From contig CAVVPN010000011.1 of assembly GCA_963750165.1 (NCBI GenBank), positions 544,001 through 608,000 on the forward strand: a stretch of 64,000 nt of DNA, given 5' to 3'. Position numbers and translations under genes: made by a program. Positions 33,194 through 43,448 of this stretch are shown piece after piece. This DNA is from an uncultured Gemmataceae bacterium. GTDB taxonomy: Bacteria > Planctomycetota > Planctomycetia > Gemmatales > Gemmataceae. How positions within the stretch are numbered: the stretch's first letter is position 1; each line of letters starts with the position of its first letter. A model generated the notes under the pieces. That model saw only the letters and a program-made list of their open reading frames with translations. It was not told the DNA's origin and made no database searches.

Positions 33194-33317
33194 TGTTGTG
33201 GCAGGGTCTCCAGACCCTGCCACGGCGTTGGACCGAAGGTCTCCTTCGGGTGGTAGCGACAAAAAGAGGAGACCTTCGGTCGCTGCGGGTGGCATGGTCA
33301 GGAGACCTTGCCACAAC
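33194..33317. repeat. REP/REPIN-like composite repeat family B, copy 2
   Basis: Same three-hairpin architecture as 5927-6046. Confidence 0.85.
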
Positions 33318-33475
33318 GAGGCGATACGACCTTGCTCCTTACCATTCTCTATCGACTGCTGCCGTTCCCGCCTTCAAAATCGAAAAATAAAAAGATAGCA
33401 AATATATTTAATTCTATGCGCGGCCCCTCGCTGCGCTCGGGGCAAAGGGTAAAAAGACAAAGAGCATAGTGTAAA

Positions 33476-35775
33476 TCAGTCCAGGCGGAAACACACGCGG
33501 AAACCGATGATGTCGCTCCGGTCGCCGGGCGCGCTCCTGATACGGGCGGCGGAACGGCAGCCCCCGGGATTGCCGACCCACGACCCGCCGCGCAACACAC
33601 GGGCATCCTCCGATTTGATACCTTTGGGGTCGCTAATATACTTATTGAGATCGCCGATGTCCATTTCCGGGTAAGGTCCGTAATAATCCTCGCACCACTG
33701 CCAGACGTTGCCGGCCATGTCGTACAAACCCCAGGGGTTCGGCTGCTTGGTGCCGACCAGCTGCGTCGAGTTGTTGCTGTTGGCAAAGTACCAGGCGTAG
33801 GCGCCCAGCTGGTTCGCATCGTTGCCGAAGAAGTAGGCCGTCTGCGTGCCGGCCCGGGAAGCGTACTCAAACTCCGCCTCGGTCGGCAGCCGATACTCCC
33901 TGCCGTCCTGCGTCTTCGCTTGCAATTGCTTCAGGAAGTCCTTGCACCTGTTCCAGAAAACCATCTCCACGGGATAATTGTCACCGTTCTTGAAAGTGCT
34001 GGGATTGTCCCCCATGACCGCCCGCCATTGACCCTGGGTGACCGGGGTAACGCCCATGTAGAAGCCCTTTGTCAGCTTGACGCGGAACTGCCGTTCATTG
34101 TCGAACCGATTCGCTTCGCCCGGTGGACTGCCCATCAGGAAAGTGCCGGGCGGAATCCAGCGGAACTTCATGTCCACGGAGTTGGTGACGTGCAGGGGCG
34201 GTTCCTTGTCCCCTGGGATTTTGTCCGGTCCCTTGTCGCGGGGCGGGTTGGACGATTTTTTGGGATCGGGTTGGTTGACTACCGGGCTGGAAGGATCCGC
34301 AGGCCTGCCGCCGAAATTGGCCCACCAGATGCCGCCCACCAGCACCACCGCGAGGAGCACGGCCAGCAGCAGCCCCACCGCCACGCCGCCACCTGGCGCC
34401 GCTGTCTGTTCCTTGACGGGAGGACGCGGTCTCGAAACCGGGGGCGGCGGCGCCACCGGCCTGGCAACGGGGACCACCGCCACCGGCTCGTCCTGGATCG
34501 CCTGGAGCCGTTCGGCCAGGGCGTGGCCGTCGGCAGGCCGTTCCTGCGGGTCGTCATCGACGCAGGCTTCCAGCAAGTCCAGCACCGCCGCGTCCAGGCG
34601 CAGGTCGGCGACGCGCTTGCGCCACTTGCCCGCGGGCCGCTCCAACGTCAGGTCGCCCAGCAATAATTGGTGCCACATCACCCCGAGCGCGAACACGTCG
34701 TCGCGCACGTCGGCGTCCTTCATCAGCTTCTGCTGCGGTGAGGCGTACAGGGGAGTGTGGCGCCGCGCAGGGTGGGGGCCACGCTGCCGCGCGGCGTGGT
34801 GCGGCGCGACAACTCCAGGGCCTGGTGAGCGGTGACCTGGCTGATGCCGAAGTCGCAGATGCGCAGGCGGAGTTTGCCGTCGGGACCGTGACACACGAGG
34901 ATGTTGGCCGGTTTCAGGTCGCGATGGACAATCGGCACCTGAAGGCGATGGAACTGGCCCACGACGGTGGCGAGGCGGCGGACCACCACCGTCGCCTGCC
35001 GGGCGCGCTGCGCCGGCGTCAGGCTGACCCAGGTGCGCACCAGCCCCGCCAGGTCGTGCCCCTCGACGTATTCATACTTCAGCCACGGCGGGTCGCAGGT
35101 CAGATTGGCGTCCTGCAACGGGACGATGCCGTCGGCGCCGGCGAACCGGAGACCGGCCTGGGCCTTCATGGCGAGCTGGACCTGCCGGCCCTCGTGCTTG
35201 AGGAAGTGCTCACGCGCCACGGCATCGAGGCAGAATTTGAAGGCGGCGCGCAGGTCGGGGAAGCTGACGTTGCGCGCCAGCCAGACCTCGCCGAAGCCGC
35301 CCATGCCGAGCAGATCGACCAGTTCCCAGCCGCCCAGCGCCGCCGGCCGCTCGCCCGGCTGGAAGCGCGGCGCCTGCTCGGGCAACAACCGCAGCAGGTC
35401 TTCGGGCCGGCCGAGCGGCAGCCCGGGCGGGACGGTGGTGCCGGTCGGATCGTCGGGCCGCTTGAACGATTGCCGCACCGCGGACGGCAGCAGCGACAGG
35501 TAAATCGCCAGGGCCTGTCGCGCCGGGGCCGGCAGTTGGGCGGCGACTTCGCGGCTGACCTGCTCGGCCACGCGGCGGGCCTGGTCCGCGGTGACCTGCT
35601 GCGCGACCTGTTGCAACTCGGCGCGCAACTCGGCCTCGCGGCGGTGCGCGTGCCAGCGCTCCCAGGCATCCACGGCCACGTCGTAGAGGAATTCGCCCAG
35701 CGGCAATTCGCCGATCAGACCGCGAATGCCCTTGCCCACCACCGCCTGGCCCACGCAACGGAAGAACAGCAGCAT
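33476..35775 (-). CDS. Ser/Thr kinase - TM - FGE/SUMF1 (C-type lectin fold) protein, frameshift near 34760
   Basis: GMGGFGEV, HRDLKPAN and DFG, then HTPLYASPQQ, DVFALG, a TM helix, FLMGS, RLPTEAEFEY, NPWGLYDMAGNVWQW and RGGSW...GFRV. Confidence 0.88.
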
Positions 35776-35950
35776 GAGAGTGATTCCCGGAGTATCGGTG
35801 CAGGACGTTTCACGGGGTTATTCGACGGCGGCGGCAGCGGATTTTAGAATATTCTACTCGCCACAGGAGCAAACGGCGTCCGGCGGATGGACGCAACGCC
35901 GCCGGCATGCGTAAAATGGCTCGAAACTAACCTCAACCCAGGCCACTGCG

Positions 35951-37369
35951 ATGACCACTCCCCTGCACCACTCCCACGAACCGACTTCCAACGGCGTCCG
36001 CGATCAGGTGGCCGCCCTGGAGCCGAAGGCGCTGCGCACCTTCACGCCGACACAGGCGGTGCTGGCCCGCAGCGCCGGCGTCGAGCACTGGACGCCGGAG
36101 GGCCGCCGGCTGTACGACTTCACCTCTGGCGTGCTCGTCGCCAACCTCGGCCACAACCCCACGCGCTGGCAGCAGCGTTTCAGCGGCTACATGCAGTGGC
36201 CGTCCTTCGCCGCGGGCCTGGGCGATGGCGGCGAGTATTTCGAGGGCTTGCCGCTGACGGCGTACAACGCGGTGACGCCGCTGGAACTCGAAACGACGCA
36301 GCGACTCACCACCTTGCTGCAAAGCCGGCCCGGCGGCCAGCGCTTGCAACAGGTCATGTGGGCCGCGTCCGGTTCCGAGGCGATTCAGAAAGCGTTGTGG
36401 GCGGCCCTGGCCCGCGACCCCAACCGCGAAATGATTCTGGCCACGCGCTACGGCTTCCACGGCAAGAAGGGCCTGGCGGGCGCCGTCACCGGCTGCGAAA
36501 CCGACCACGACCGCGACCCGCGTGTGCGCTTCATCAGCTTCCCAATGGCCGAGTGCGCCGACGTCAGCCAGCGCGACCAGCCCTTCGACCCGGAGCCCTA
36601 CCGCAAGGAATTGCTGGCCCTGCGCGGGCAGTTCGGCCGTCAGCTCGGCGTGCTCATCACCGAGCCCTACCTCGGCGGCGGCGGCTCCTATCATCCGCCG
36701 AAAGCATATCTGCACCTGCTCCAGCAGTTCTGCCGCGAACAGGACATTGTCTTCATTCTGGATGAGGTACAGTCGTGTTTCGGCCGCACCGGCGAAATGT
36801 TCGCCTTCGAGACCTACGGCATCGAGCCGGACATCGTGGTGCTGGGCAAGGGCCTGGGCAACGGCGTGCCGGTGGCGGCGGCGGTCGGCCGGGCGGACCT
36901 GTTCGCGGCCCTGGACTACGGCGAAGGCTCCGACACCTGGAGCGCCAACCCGCTGTGCTGCGCCGGCGTGCTGGCGACGCTCGACGAGTTCGCCGAGCGC
37001 GACGTGCTCGGCCAGTGCCGTCGCTCCTCCGCGGTAATTGAGGAGGGCTTAAATCGCTTGAAGCAGTTGCCGTTCGTGGCCCGGGTGCGCGGCGAACGCG
37101 GCGGCATGGTTTGGGGCGTCGAGTTGCGCGACCACGCCGGCCGCAGCGCCGCCGACTGGGCCGCGGCGGTGGTGCTGGCGTGCTACCGCGGCGCCGGCGG
37201 CGCCGGCATTCACCTGCTCGGGCCGCTGGCGAAGAAGGTGCTTCGCATCGCGCCGCCGCTGGTCATCACGGAATTGCAGGCCCGGGAGGCGCTAGAATTG
37301 ATGTACCGGTTGCTGGCGCCGCTGGCGGAACCGGTCGGCCCGCGCCCGGCCCTGGCCCACGCGCATTGA
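35951..37369 (+). CDS. Class III PLP-dependent aminotransferase
   Basis: SGSEA, GFHG, EPYLGGGG, DEVQSCFGRTG and PDIVVLGKGLG. Confidence 0.9.
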   Translation: MTTPLHHSHEPTSNGVRDQVAALEPKALRTFTPTQAVLARSAGVEHWTPEGRRLYDFTSGVLVANLGHNPTRWQQRFSGYMQWPSFAAGLGDGGEYFEGLPLTAYNAVTPLELETTQRLTTLLQSRPGGQRLQQVMWAASGSEAIQKALWAALARDPNREMILATRYGFHGKKGLAGAVTGCETDHDRDPRVRFISFPMAECADVSQRDQPFDPEPYRKELLALRGQFGRQLGVLITEPYLGGGGSYHPPKAYLHLLQQFCREQDIVFILDEVQSCFGRTGEMFAFETYGIEPDIVVLGKGLGNGVPVAAAVGRADLFAALDYGEGSDTWSANPLCCAGVLATLDEFAERDVLGQCRRSSAVIEEGLNRLKQLPFVARVRGERGGMVWGVELRDHAGRSAADWAAAVVLACYRGAGGAGIHLLGPLAKKVLRIAPPLVITELQAREALELMYRLLAPLAEPVGPRPALAHAH

Positions 37370-37404
37370 CCGCCCTGCCCTGCCCGTTTTCAGCGAGGTC
37401 CACC

Positions 37405-38976
37405 ATGTTGCACCATCGTCGGTTCCGTGTCGCGGCGCCCATCACGTTGCTGCTGGCGGCCTGGGCCGGGCTCATCCCCGTGGCCCGCGGACAGGATCTC
37501 ACCGCCGACGACTACACCAAACGCGGTCACGCCCTGGTCAGGAAGGGCCAGTATCGCGCGGCCGTCGCCGAATACACCCACGCCATCCGGGTCGATCCCA
37601 AATTCGCCAGGGCGTACGCCTACCGCGGCAGCGCCTACCTGCGGCTCAAGGACGACAAGCAGGCGCTGCAGGACGCGGAAGCGGCGCTGAAACTGGATGC
37701 CAGCCTGCACGACCCGTACAACACGCGCGGTATCGTGCGGACCAACCAGGGCAAGTATGCCGAGGCCATCAAGGATTTTGGCGAGGCCATCCTGCGCAAG
37801 CCCGGCGGGTTTGCGTACTACTCCAACCGGGCCTGGGCCTACAACCTCAACCGCGAACCGCAGCAGGCGCTGGCCGACTGCGATGCCGCCCTGCGGTTGC
37901 CGGGGGGCAGGCAGGACGCGCTGACCTGGAACGAACGCGGCCTGGCCCTGTCCGCCCTGGCCCGCACCGACCTGGACCACGGCCGAGCGGACATGGCGCC
38001 GACGAAGTGGCGCCAGGCCGTCGCCGATTTCACCGAGGCGGTCCAGCTGGCGCCCCGGGTCTGCACGTATTACGCCAACCGGGCCCACGCGCGGAACTTC
38101 CTCAAGGACTACCAGCACGCGGCAGAGGACGCCACCACGGCGGTGGACCTCAACCCCCGAGATGCGGCGGCATTCAACGAACGCGGCCTGGCGTTGACCC
38201 ACACGGGCCGGTATCCGGACGCCGTCAAGGACTTCACGAAGGCCATCGAACTGCGGCCGGGCCAGCACGTCTACCACCTCAACCGTGCCTGGGCGCACAA
38301 CCTCAACCACGACCGCGACCAGGCCATCGCCGACTGCACCGCGGCCCTGAAACTCAACGCCGGCTACGCCCGGGCCTACAACGAACGCGCCAACGCCTTC
38401 CTGGCGAAAAACCAGGTGCAGCTGGCCCTGCAGGATTACACGAAGTGCATTGACCTGGAGCCGAGCAATGGCTTCTATTACGGCAACCGTGCGTCCGTGT
38501 ACAACCGGCTGAAAAAATGGGACCAGGCCATCAAGGATTGCACCGAGGCCATCCGGCTGCTGCCGAACGACGCCTACGCTTACAACCAGCGTGGCGTCGC
38601 CCATGATTACAAGAAGCAGTATGACAAGGCCGTGGCCGACTACACCGAGGCCATCCGTCTCAGGCCGAACGAGCCGCAGTATTACCTGAACCGCAGTTAC
38701 GCCCACACGCGCAAGAAGCATTTCGATCAGGCCATTGAGGACTGCACCGCGGCCATCGCGCTCAACCCGAAATTCGCCCTGGCTTACAAGGACCGTGGGT
38801 TTGCCTACGCCAACAAGCGCGACTACCAGAAAGCCATCGCCGACTATGGCGAGGCGATCAAATTACATCCGCACGACGCCGAGGCGTTCCGCTGGCGCAG
38901 CCAGGCGTATGAGGCTGTGGGCGACAACGCCAGGGCGCGGGCGGATTTTCAGGAGTATCAGCGCTTGAAGAAGTGA
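37405..38976 (+). CDS. Secreted tetratricopeptide repeat protein
   Basis: Signal peptide followed by about 13-14 34-aa repeats of the A.AY.NRG...AI.D.T.AI.L.P type. Confidence 0.92.
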   Translation: MLHHRRFRVAAPITLLLAAWAGLIPVARGQDLTADDYTKRGHALVRKGQYRAAVAEYTHAIRVDPKFARAYAYRGSAYLRLKDDKQALQDAEAALKLDASLHDPYNTRGIVRTNQGKYAEAIKDFGEAILRKPGGFAYYSNRAWAYNLNREPQQALADCDAALRLPGGRQDALTWNERGLALSALARTDLDHGRADMAPTKWRQAVADFTEAVQLAPRVCTYYANRAHARNFLKDYQHAAEDATTAVDLNPRDAAAFNERGLALTHTGRYPDAVKDFTKAIELRPGQHVYHLNRAWAHNLNHDRDQAIADCTAALKLNAGYARAYNERANAFLAKNQVQLALQDYTKCIDLEPSNGFYYGNRASVYNRLKKWDQAIKDCTEAIRLLPNDAYAYNQRGVAHDYKKQYDKAVADYTEAIRLRPNEPQYYLNRSYAHTRKKHFDQAIEDCTAAIALNPKFALAYKDRGFAYANKRDYQKAIADYGEAIKLHPHDAEAFRWRSQAYEAVGDNARARADFQEYQRLKK

Positions 38977-39014
38977 CCGAACTTCTGCCCGTTTTTAGCG
39001 CGGATTGCAGGTGC

Positions 39015-39100
39015 GTGTAGCGGGTAGTAGGTCCGGCGAGCCGAGCCGGACCCGCCGCGGGTGCCGCTCGGCTCGCGGCACCTACCCCAGACCGCTACAC
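39015..39100. repeat. GTAG-type REP doublet bounded by a gtgtagcgg/ccgctacac inverted repeat
   Basis: gtaggtccggcgagccgagccggacc ... ggtgccgctcggctcgcggcacctac. Confidence 0.7.
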
Positions 39101-39222
39101 CCAACCGCAATCCGCTTTGGTTTCGCGCGCTGCCAGCGCGCGAAACTAAAAAACGAGCCGCGCGAGCGAACCTTCAAACAAACGCCGCCGCCTGCTTGGA
39201 GCTGGTGGCGGAAAGAACTGTT

Positions 39223-39705
39223 TTCGTTCGTAGTACCGCCTTTAGCGCGGTTCGCAAGCGCGTGGATCACGCCCCGTAGGACGGCTCTCCAGAGCCGTCT
39301 CCGAGACATGGACGGCTCTGGAGAGCCGTCCCACAGGCTGTGCGCAAACCAAGTGTGAACCGCGCTAGACGGAATCTGCCTGTCAGATTCCGCCTGGCGC
39401 GGTTCGCAGTGGCGTGGACCACGAACGGCAGGCCGGCGCTGCCAGGCGCCGCATCTCGACGTATGAAAAAGTTGGCGTCCTTGGCGTCCTTGGCGTCCTT
39501 GATTTGACAACCGCCGCCGGTGGGTGTCGCGCCGTGCCACCCCTACGGAGCCAGGGCGCCGCATCTCGACGTGTGAAAAAGTTGGCCCCCTTGGCCTCCT
39601 TGGCCCCCTTGCTGTGGCAGTGCAGGCCGCTGGTGGTCAGCCCGTGCCCGCCCCCTCGTGTGCAAACCGTGCGTGAACCGCTCTAAAGGCGGTACTACGA
39701 ACGAA
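39223..39705. mobile_element. REP doublet interrupted by two family-A MITEs (39245-39365 and 39397-39683)
   Basis: Outer arms tcgttcgtagtaccgcctttag / ctaaaggcggtactacgaacga. Each insert begins gcgcggttcgca, ends gtgaaccgcgc or gtgaaccgctc, and is flanked by TA..TA or TG..TA. Confidence 0.75.
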
Positions 39706-39716
39706 GAACCCAGAGG

Positions 39717-40766
39717 ATGCCCGCTGTTCGCCACAACTTTACAGAATCTTTTCCTCCCCCGGTGGTCACCGTGCCAACCTCCATCCTGCTCCCCGCCCAG
39801 TCCGGTCCTGAATGGTTGCTCGCAGTCATCCACTGGCTGTGCAACCAGTTCCCCCCGGGCGAATTCCTGTCGTACCCGTGGAACATGCAGGGCCTGATCG
39901 CCATCGCCCTGGTTGGGATGATCTGCGGCGCGGTCGGCTCGCTGGTGGTCGGCAACCGCATGGCCTTTTTCAGCGACGCCCTGGCGCACTGCGCCTTCGC
40001 CGGCGTCGCCCTGGGACTGCTGCTCGGCGTCGTCACCGGCGCCGGCGACGAGGACTTCGCTGAGTGGGTCACCCTGGTGATGATCGTCTTCGGCATCGTC
40101 ATCGGCCTGGGCATCGCCTTCGTGCGCGAGTTCACTGCCCAGGCCAACGATACCGTCATCGGCGTCTTTTACGCCGGCGCCATTGGCCTGGGGGCGGTCT
40201 TCCTCAAGGCCGGCAGCGGTCGCCGTTACCTGCCGCCGGAGGACTTCCTGTTCGGCAACCTCGTCACCATCCAGCCCGTGGACCTGCTCGTGCTGGCGGG
40301 CCTGACCGTCCTGGCCGCCGTCGTGCTGGGATTCATGTACAACCAGCTCCTGTTTACCAGTTTCAACCGTAGCCTGGCGCTGTCGCGCCGCATCCCGGTG
40401 CGGTTGTGCAATTACCTGTTCATCGTGCTGCTGGCGCTGATCGTCAACCTGTGCCTGAAGGTGGTCGGGGCCATGCTCATCAACGCCCTGCTGGTGGTAC
40501 CCGCCGCGACCGCCGCCAACCTGGGCCGCAACATGCGGCAGCTGTTCTGGTGGTCGATGCTCCTGTGCCTGGCCGTCGGCGTCGGTGGCTTCTGGCTCAG
40601 CTGGGATCTCCGGCTGCCCTCCCCCGGTGGGACGGAGACGACGCGGCCCGGTGAGAGCGGCACCATTGTCGTGCTGGCGGTGCTGCTGTTCTTCCTGTCG
40701 ATGTGGGTGCCGATGCTGCGCCGGTGGTGGGCGGAGCGTAAAAAGCCCGGCACTGCGAGGGTTTGA
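39717..40766 (+). CDS. Metal (Zn/Mn) ABC transporter permease, ZnuB-like (true start probably somewhat downstream)
   Basis: RMAFFSDALAHCAFAGVALG, FLFGN and KVVGAMLINALLVVPAATA. Confidence 0.9.
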   Translation: MPAVRHNFTESFPPPVVTVPTSILLPAQSGPEWLLAVIHWLCNQFPPGEFLSYPWNMQGLIAIALVGMICGAVGSLVVGNRMAFFSDALAHCAFAGVALGLLLGVVTGAGDEDFAEWVTLVMIVFGIVIGLGIAFVREFTAQANDTVIGVFYAGAIGLGAVFLKAGSGRRYLPPEDFLFGNLVTIQPVDLLVLAGLTVLAAVVLGFMYNQLLFTSFNRSLALSRRIPVRLCNYLFIVLLALIVNLCLKVVGAMLINALLVVPAATAANLGRNMRQLFWWSMLLCLAVGVGGFWLSWDLRLPSPGGTETTRPGESGTIVVLAVLLFFLSMWVPMLRRWWAERKKPGTARV

Positions 40767-40901
40767 TGGCAATGAGTGGATCGCGGCCTTGCAGAACCCC
40801 GGCCAGCGCCTGAGAATAACCCTCACCACTGAACCCGGCGCCGGCGGCCCGCGTAAGGACGTACAGGCCCGGGCCTGCGCCGCCTCAAGGTTGCCACCGA
40901 C

Positions 40902-41927
40902 GTGGACTACACCGACCTTATCATCACGTTCGCCAGCATCATCTACGAGGCCCTGCCCTTTATCGTGCTGGGCGTCGTGCTCGCCGGTTTGCTGGAAGAG
41001 TTCTTGCCCCAGCAACTGCTGGCGCGCCTCATCCCGCGCGGCAAGACGCTCATGGTCGGTGCCATTTGCCTGGGCGGCCTGCTCGGCCTGCTCTTCCCCA
41101 TGTGCGAGTGCGGTATCATCGCCGTCATGCGCCGATTGCTCCGCAAGGGCATCCCGCTCAGCGTCTGTGTCTGCTACATGCTCGCCGGGCCAATTATCAA
41201 CCTTGTCGTCATGATGAGCACCGCGGTCGCCTTCTCGGCCACCAAGGACAACGTGTTCGGCAACCCGTACATGGCCGTGATCCTGCGCTGCGGCATGGGC
41301 TACGTCGTGGCCGTGGTCGCCAGCCTGATCGTCGAACGGCAGCGGCGCAAGCACGGCATGAGTCTGCTCAAGCCCAGCCTGGTCGCCGAGACCCAGGGCG
41401 TCACCCGTGACGAGGACGCTCCGGGGCAGCGCAAAACCTTGATGATGCGCATCAACAACATCACCGCCACGGCGCTGAGCGACTTCGTGGACATCATGGC
41501 GTTCCTGGTCATCGGGGCGGCGCTGGCGTCGATGGGCCGGTTTTTCCTGACGCCCGCCCTCGCGGCTGGCTCGCACCCGGTGGTGAAAATCCTCATCATG
41601 ATGGGCTTCGCCTTCGTCTTCTGCCTGTGCAGCGAGGCGGACGCCTTTGTCGCGGCCAACTTCCAGCCGGTCGGCGCCTGGCCCGCGGCTTCCAAACTCG
41701 CTTTCCTGGTGCTCGGGCCGATGCTTGACATCAAGCTGTATCTGATGTACACGCGCGTCTTCCGCCACCGCCTCATCTGGACGATTGTGACGGCGGTGGT
41801 CCTGCAAGTGTTTGTGTTCTGCGTGCTGTTCCACTACCTCGACGAGGAGTTCCTGTTGATTGACCAGGCGAAACAGTATTTCCCAATCTCCGCTCCCGAA
41901 AAGACGGTGTCGCCCGGCACCGAATAG
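40902..41927 (+). CDS. DUF318/YcgR-like permease
   Basis: EALPFIVLG, FPMCECG, AGPIIN, CSEADAFVA and GPMLDIK. Confidence 0.88.
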   Translation: MDYTDLIITFASIIYEALPFIVLGVVLAGLLEEFLPQQLLARLIPRGKTLMVGAICLGGLLGLLFPMCECGIIAVMRRLLRKGIPLSVCVCYMLAGPIINLVVMMSTAVAFSATKDNVFGNPYMAVILRCGMGYVVAVVASLIVERQRRKHGMSLLKPSLVAETQGVTRDEDAPGQRKTLMMRINNITATALSDFVDIMAFLVIGAALASMGRFFLTPALAAGSHPVVKILIMMGFAFVFCLCSEADAFVAANFQPVGAWPAASKLAFLVLGPMLDIKLYLMYTRVFRHRLIWTIVTAVVLQVFVFCVLFHYLDEEFLLIDQAKQYFPISAPEKTVSPGTE

Positions 41928-41939
41928 GAGAACCCGTTC

Positions 41940-43264
41940 ATGGCAGCCCACGACCATCATCACGAAAATGACTCGTTTTACCTCGACCAGCTGTGCCTGA
42001 TCGGCATCAGCGGGGCCTTCGCCGCCATCTGTGTGACGCTCTACCTCGTCCGGCAAAACATGCTGCGGGCCATGTTCGGCCCCCTCGACCAGACGTGGTT
42101 TGGATGGTTCGTGTTCGTGAGCGGCATCATCCTGGCGGTGCTGGTGTTTTTCCGCGCCCTCGCAGTCTGGCGCTCGGTCGGCAACCCGGCCCTGCGCGGC
42201 ATGGGCCCCGAGCACGACCACGGCTTCGAACACCATGAAGCCATGCACCCGGACGAGCCCCACCATCACCACGAGCACGGCGTCTGCGACCACGGCCACG
42301 AGCACGGTCACCATCACCACGCCGAGGAAGGCATTCAGGCGGCCCCCTCCCCTGCCCAGGCCGGCGCCGTGCCGCACACCCACACCCACGACCACGGGCA
42401 TGATCACGGCCACGGACATGACCACGACCACGACGATCACGATCACGGCTGGGCGCCGTGGCGTTACGCAGTGCTGCTGGTGCCGGTGGCCCTGTTCCTG
42501 CTGGGGCTGCCGAACCAGGGCCGGGCGGTCAAGGCGCTGGAGAACGTGGACACCACGCAGGAGGCGATGAATGTGGCCACCTTCCTCGCCCTGGGCCCGA
42601 ACCCGTTGCTGCAGCTGACGCCCCTGGCCGCCGCCACGGGCGGCAATAACAATGAGACCCCCATTTACCTCAACGGCACGCTGAGTTCGTTCAGTGAACT
42701 GAAGCCGGACATGAAGGTGTTCCTCAAGCTGGCGCGCGGCAACGTGATCGGTGTGGGCGTGGAGGAAATCCGCGATAAGGCTTCGGCCCACGGCAAGAGC
42801 GGCCTGGTGCCGGCGGTCATCAAGGCGGTCCACCCCGAGGACCGCAGCGTCACCCTGGAGCTGGACCGGGACGGCAGCAAGCAGACCGAGCGTGTGGATC
42901 TGCGCAGGGGCCGGTGTACGGCATGGACTTCAAGACGCTGGAAGCACTGGCCGCCAATGAGATCCAGCGGAAAAAATGGGAGGGCAAGGCGGTCCAGGTC
43001 GTCGGTCAGTACGCGCCGAAGGGAGATCGCTACTTCGGCCTGGCCCGGATGCGCATCCAGTGCTGCGGGGCCGACGCGGTGCAGCTCAATGTGCCCATTT
43101 TGTCGCGCGAGCCGATCCGCGGCTTCGCGGCCAACGACTGGATTCAGGTGACCGGCCGCGTGGAGTTCCGCCAGCAGGGCGGTCGCTGGAACACCGTGCT
43201 GCTCGTCAACCGCCGCGATCAGGTGCGACCCGCGCCGCCAGAGCCGGATATTTACATCCGCTGA
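41940..43264 (+). CDS. TIGR03943/YcgQ (DUF1980)-like membrane protein with His-rich loop, frameshift near 42905
   Basis: N-terminal TM helices and a long His-rich tract (~42212-42445). The C-terminal RMRIQCCGADA...WIQVTG is in another frame. Confidence 0.8.
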
Positions 43265-43294
43265 CCGCGGGGACTGAGGAACCGGAGCGATTTT

Positions 43295-43326
43295 ACCGGG
43301 GCGCCGGCGGCGCCCCGGTTTTTTTT
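43295..43326 (+). terminator. Intrinsic terminator
   Basis: accggggcgcc-ggc-ggcgccccggt followed by a T-run. Confidence 0.85.
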
Positions 43327-43448
43327 GCCCAGCCTGTTGCTCTTGCACGGTCGGCGACGGCATAATACAAGAAGTGCCGGCGCCTGCCTGCCGCCGACCA
43401 CCCCCCGTGATGACGCGACCCCGAAGTTCGTTTTCAGGAGATGTGCTG

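Noticed and set aside
31639..35775. Prophage or integrated island
   Set aside because: There is no integrase, att-like repeat, phage structural gene or sustained compositional shift.
39445..39612. CRISPR-like direct repeats
   Set aside because: Only two ~50-bp copies lie inside a MITE, with no regular spacer array and no cas genes.
39543..42833. 1096-aa minus-strand ORF and other long antisense ORFs (5836-8313, 49745-52417, 18849-20567)
   Set aside because: These are shadow frames of well-supported opposite-strand genes in high-GC DNA and contain no recognisable motifs.
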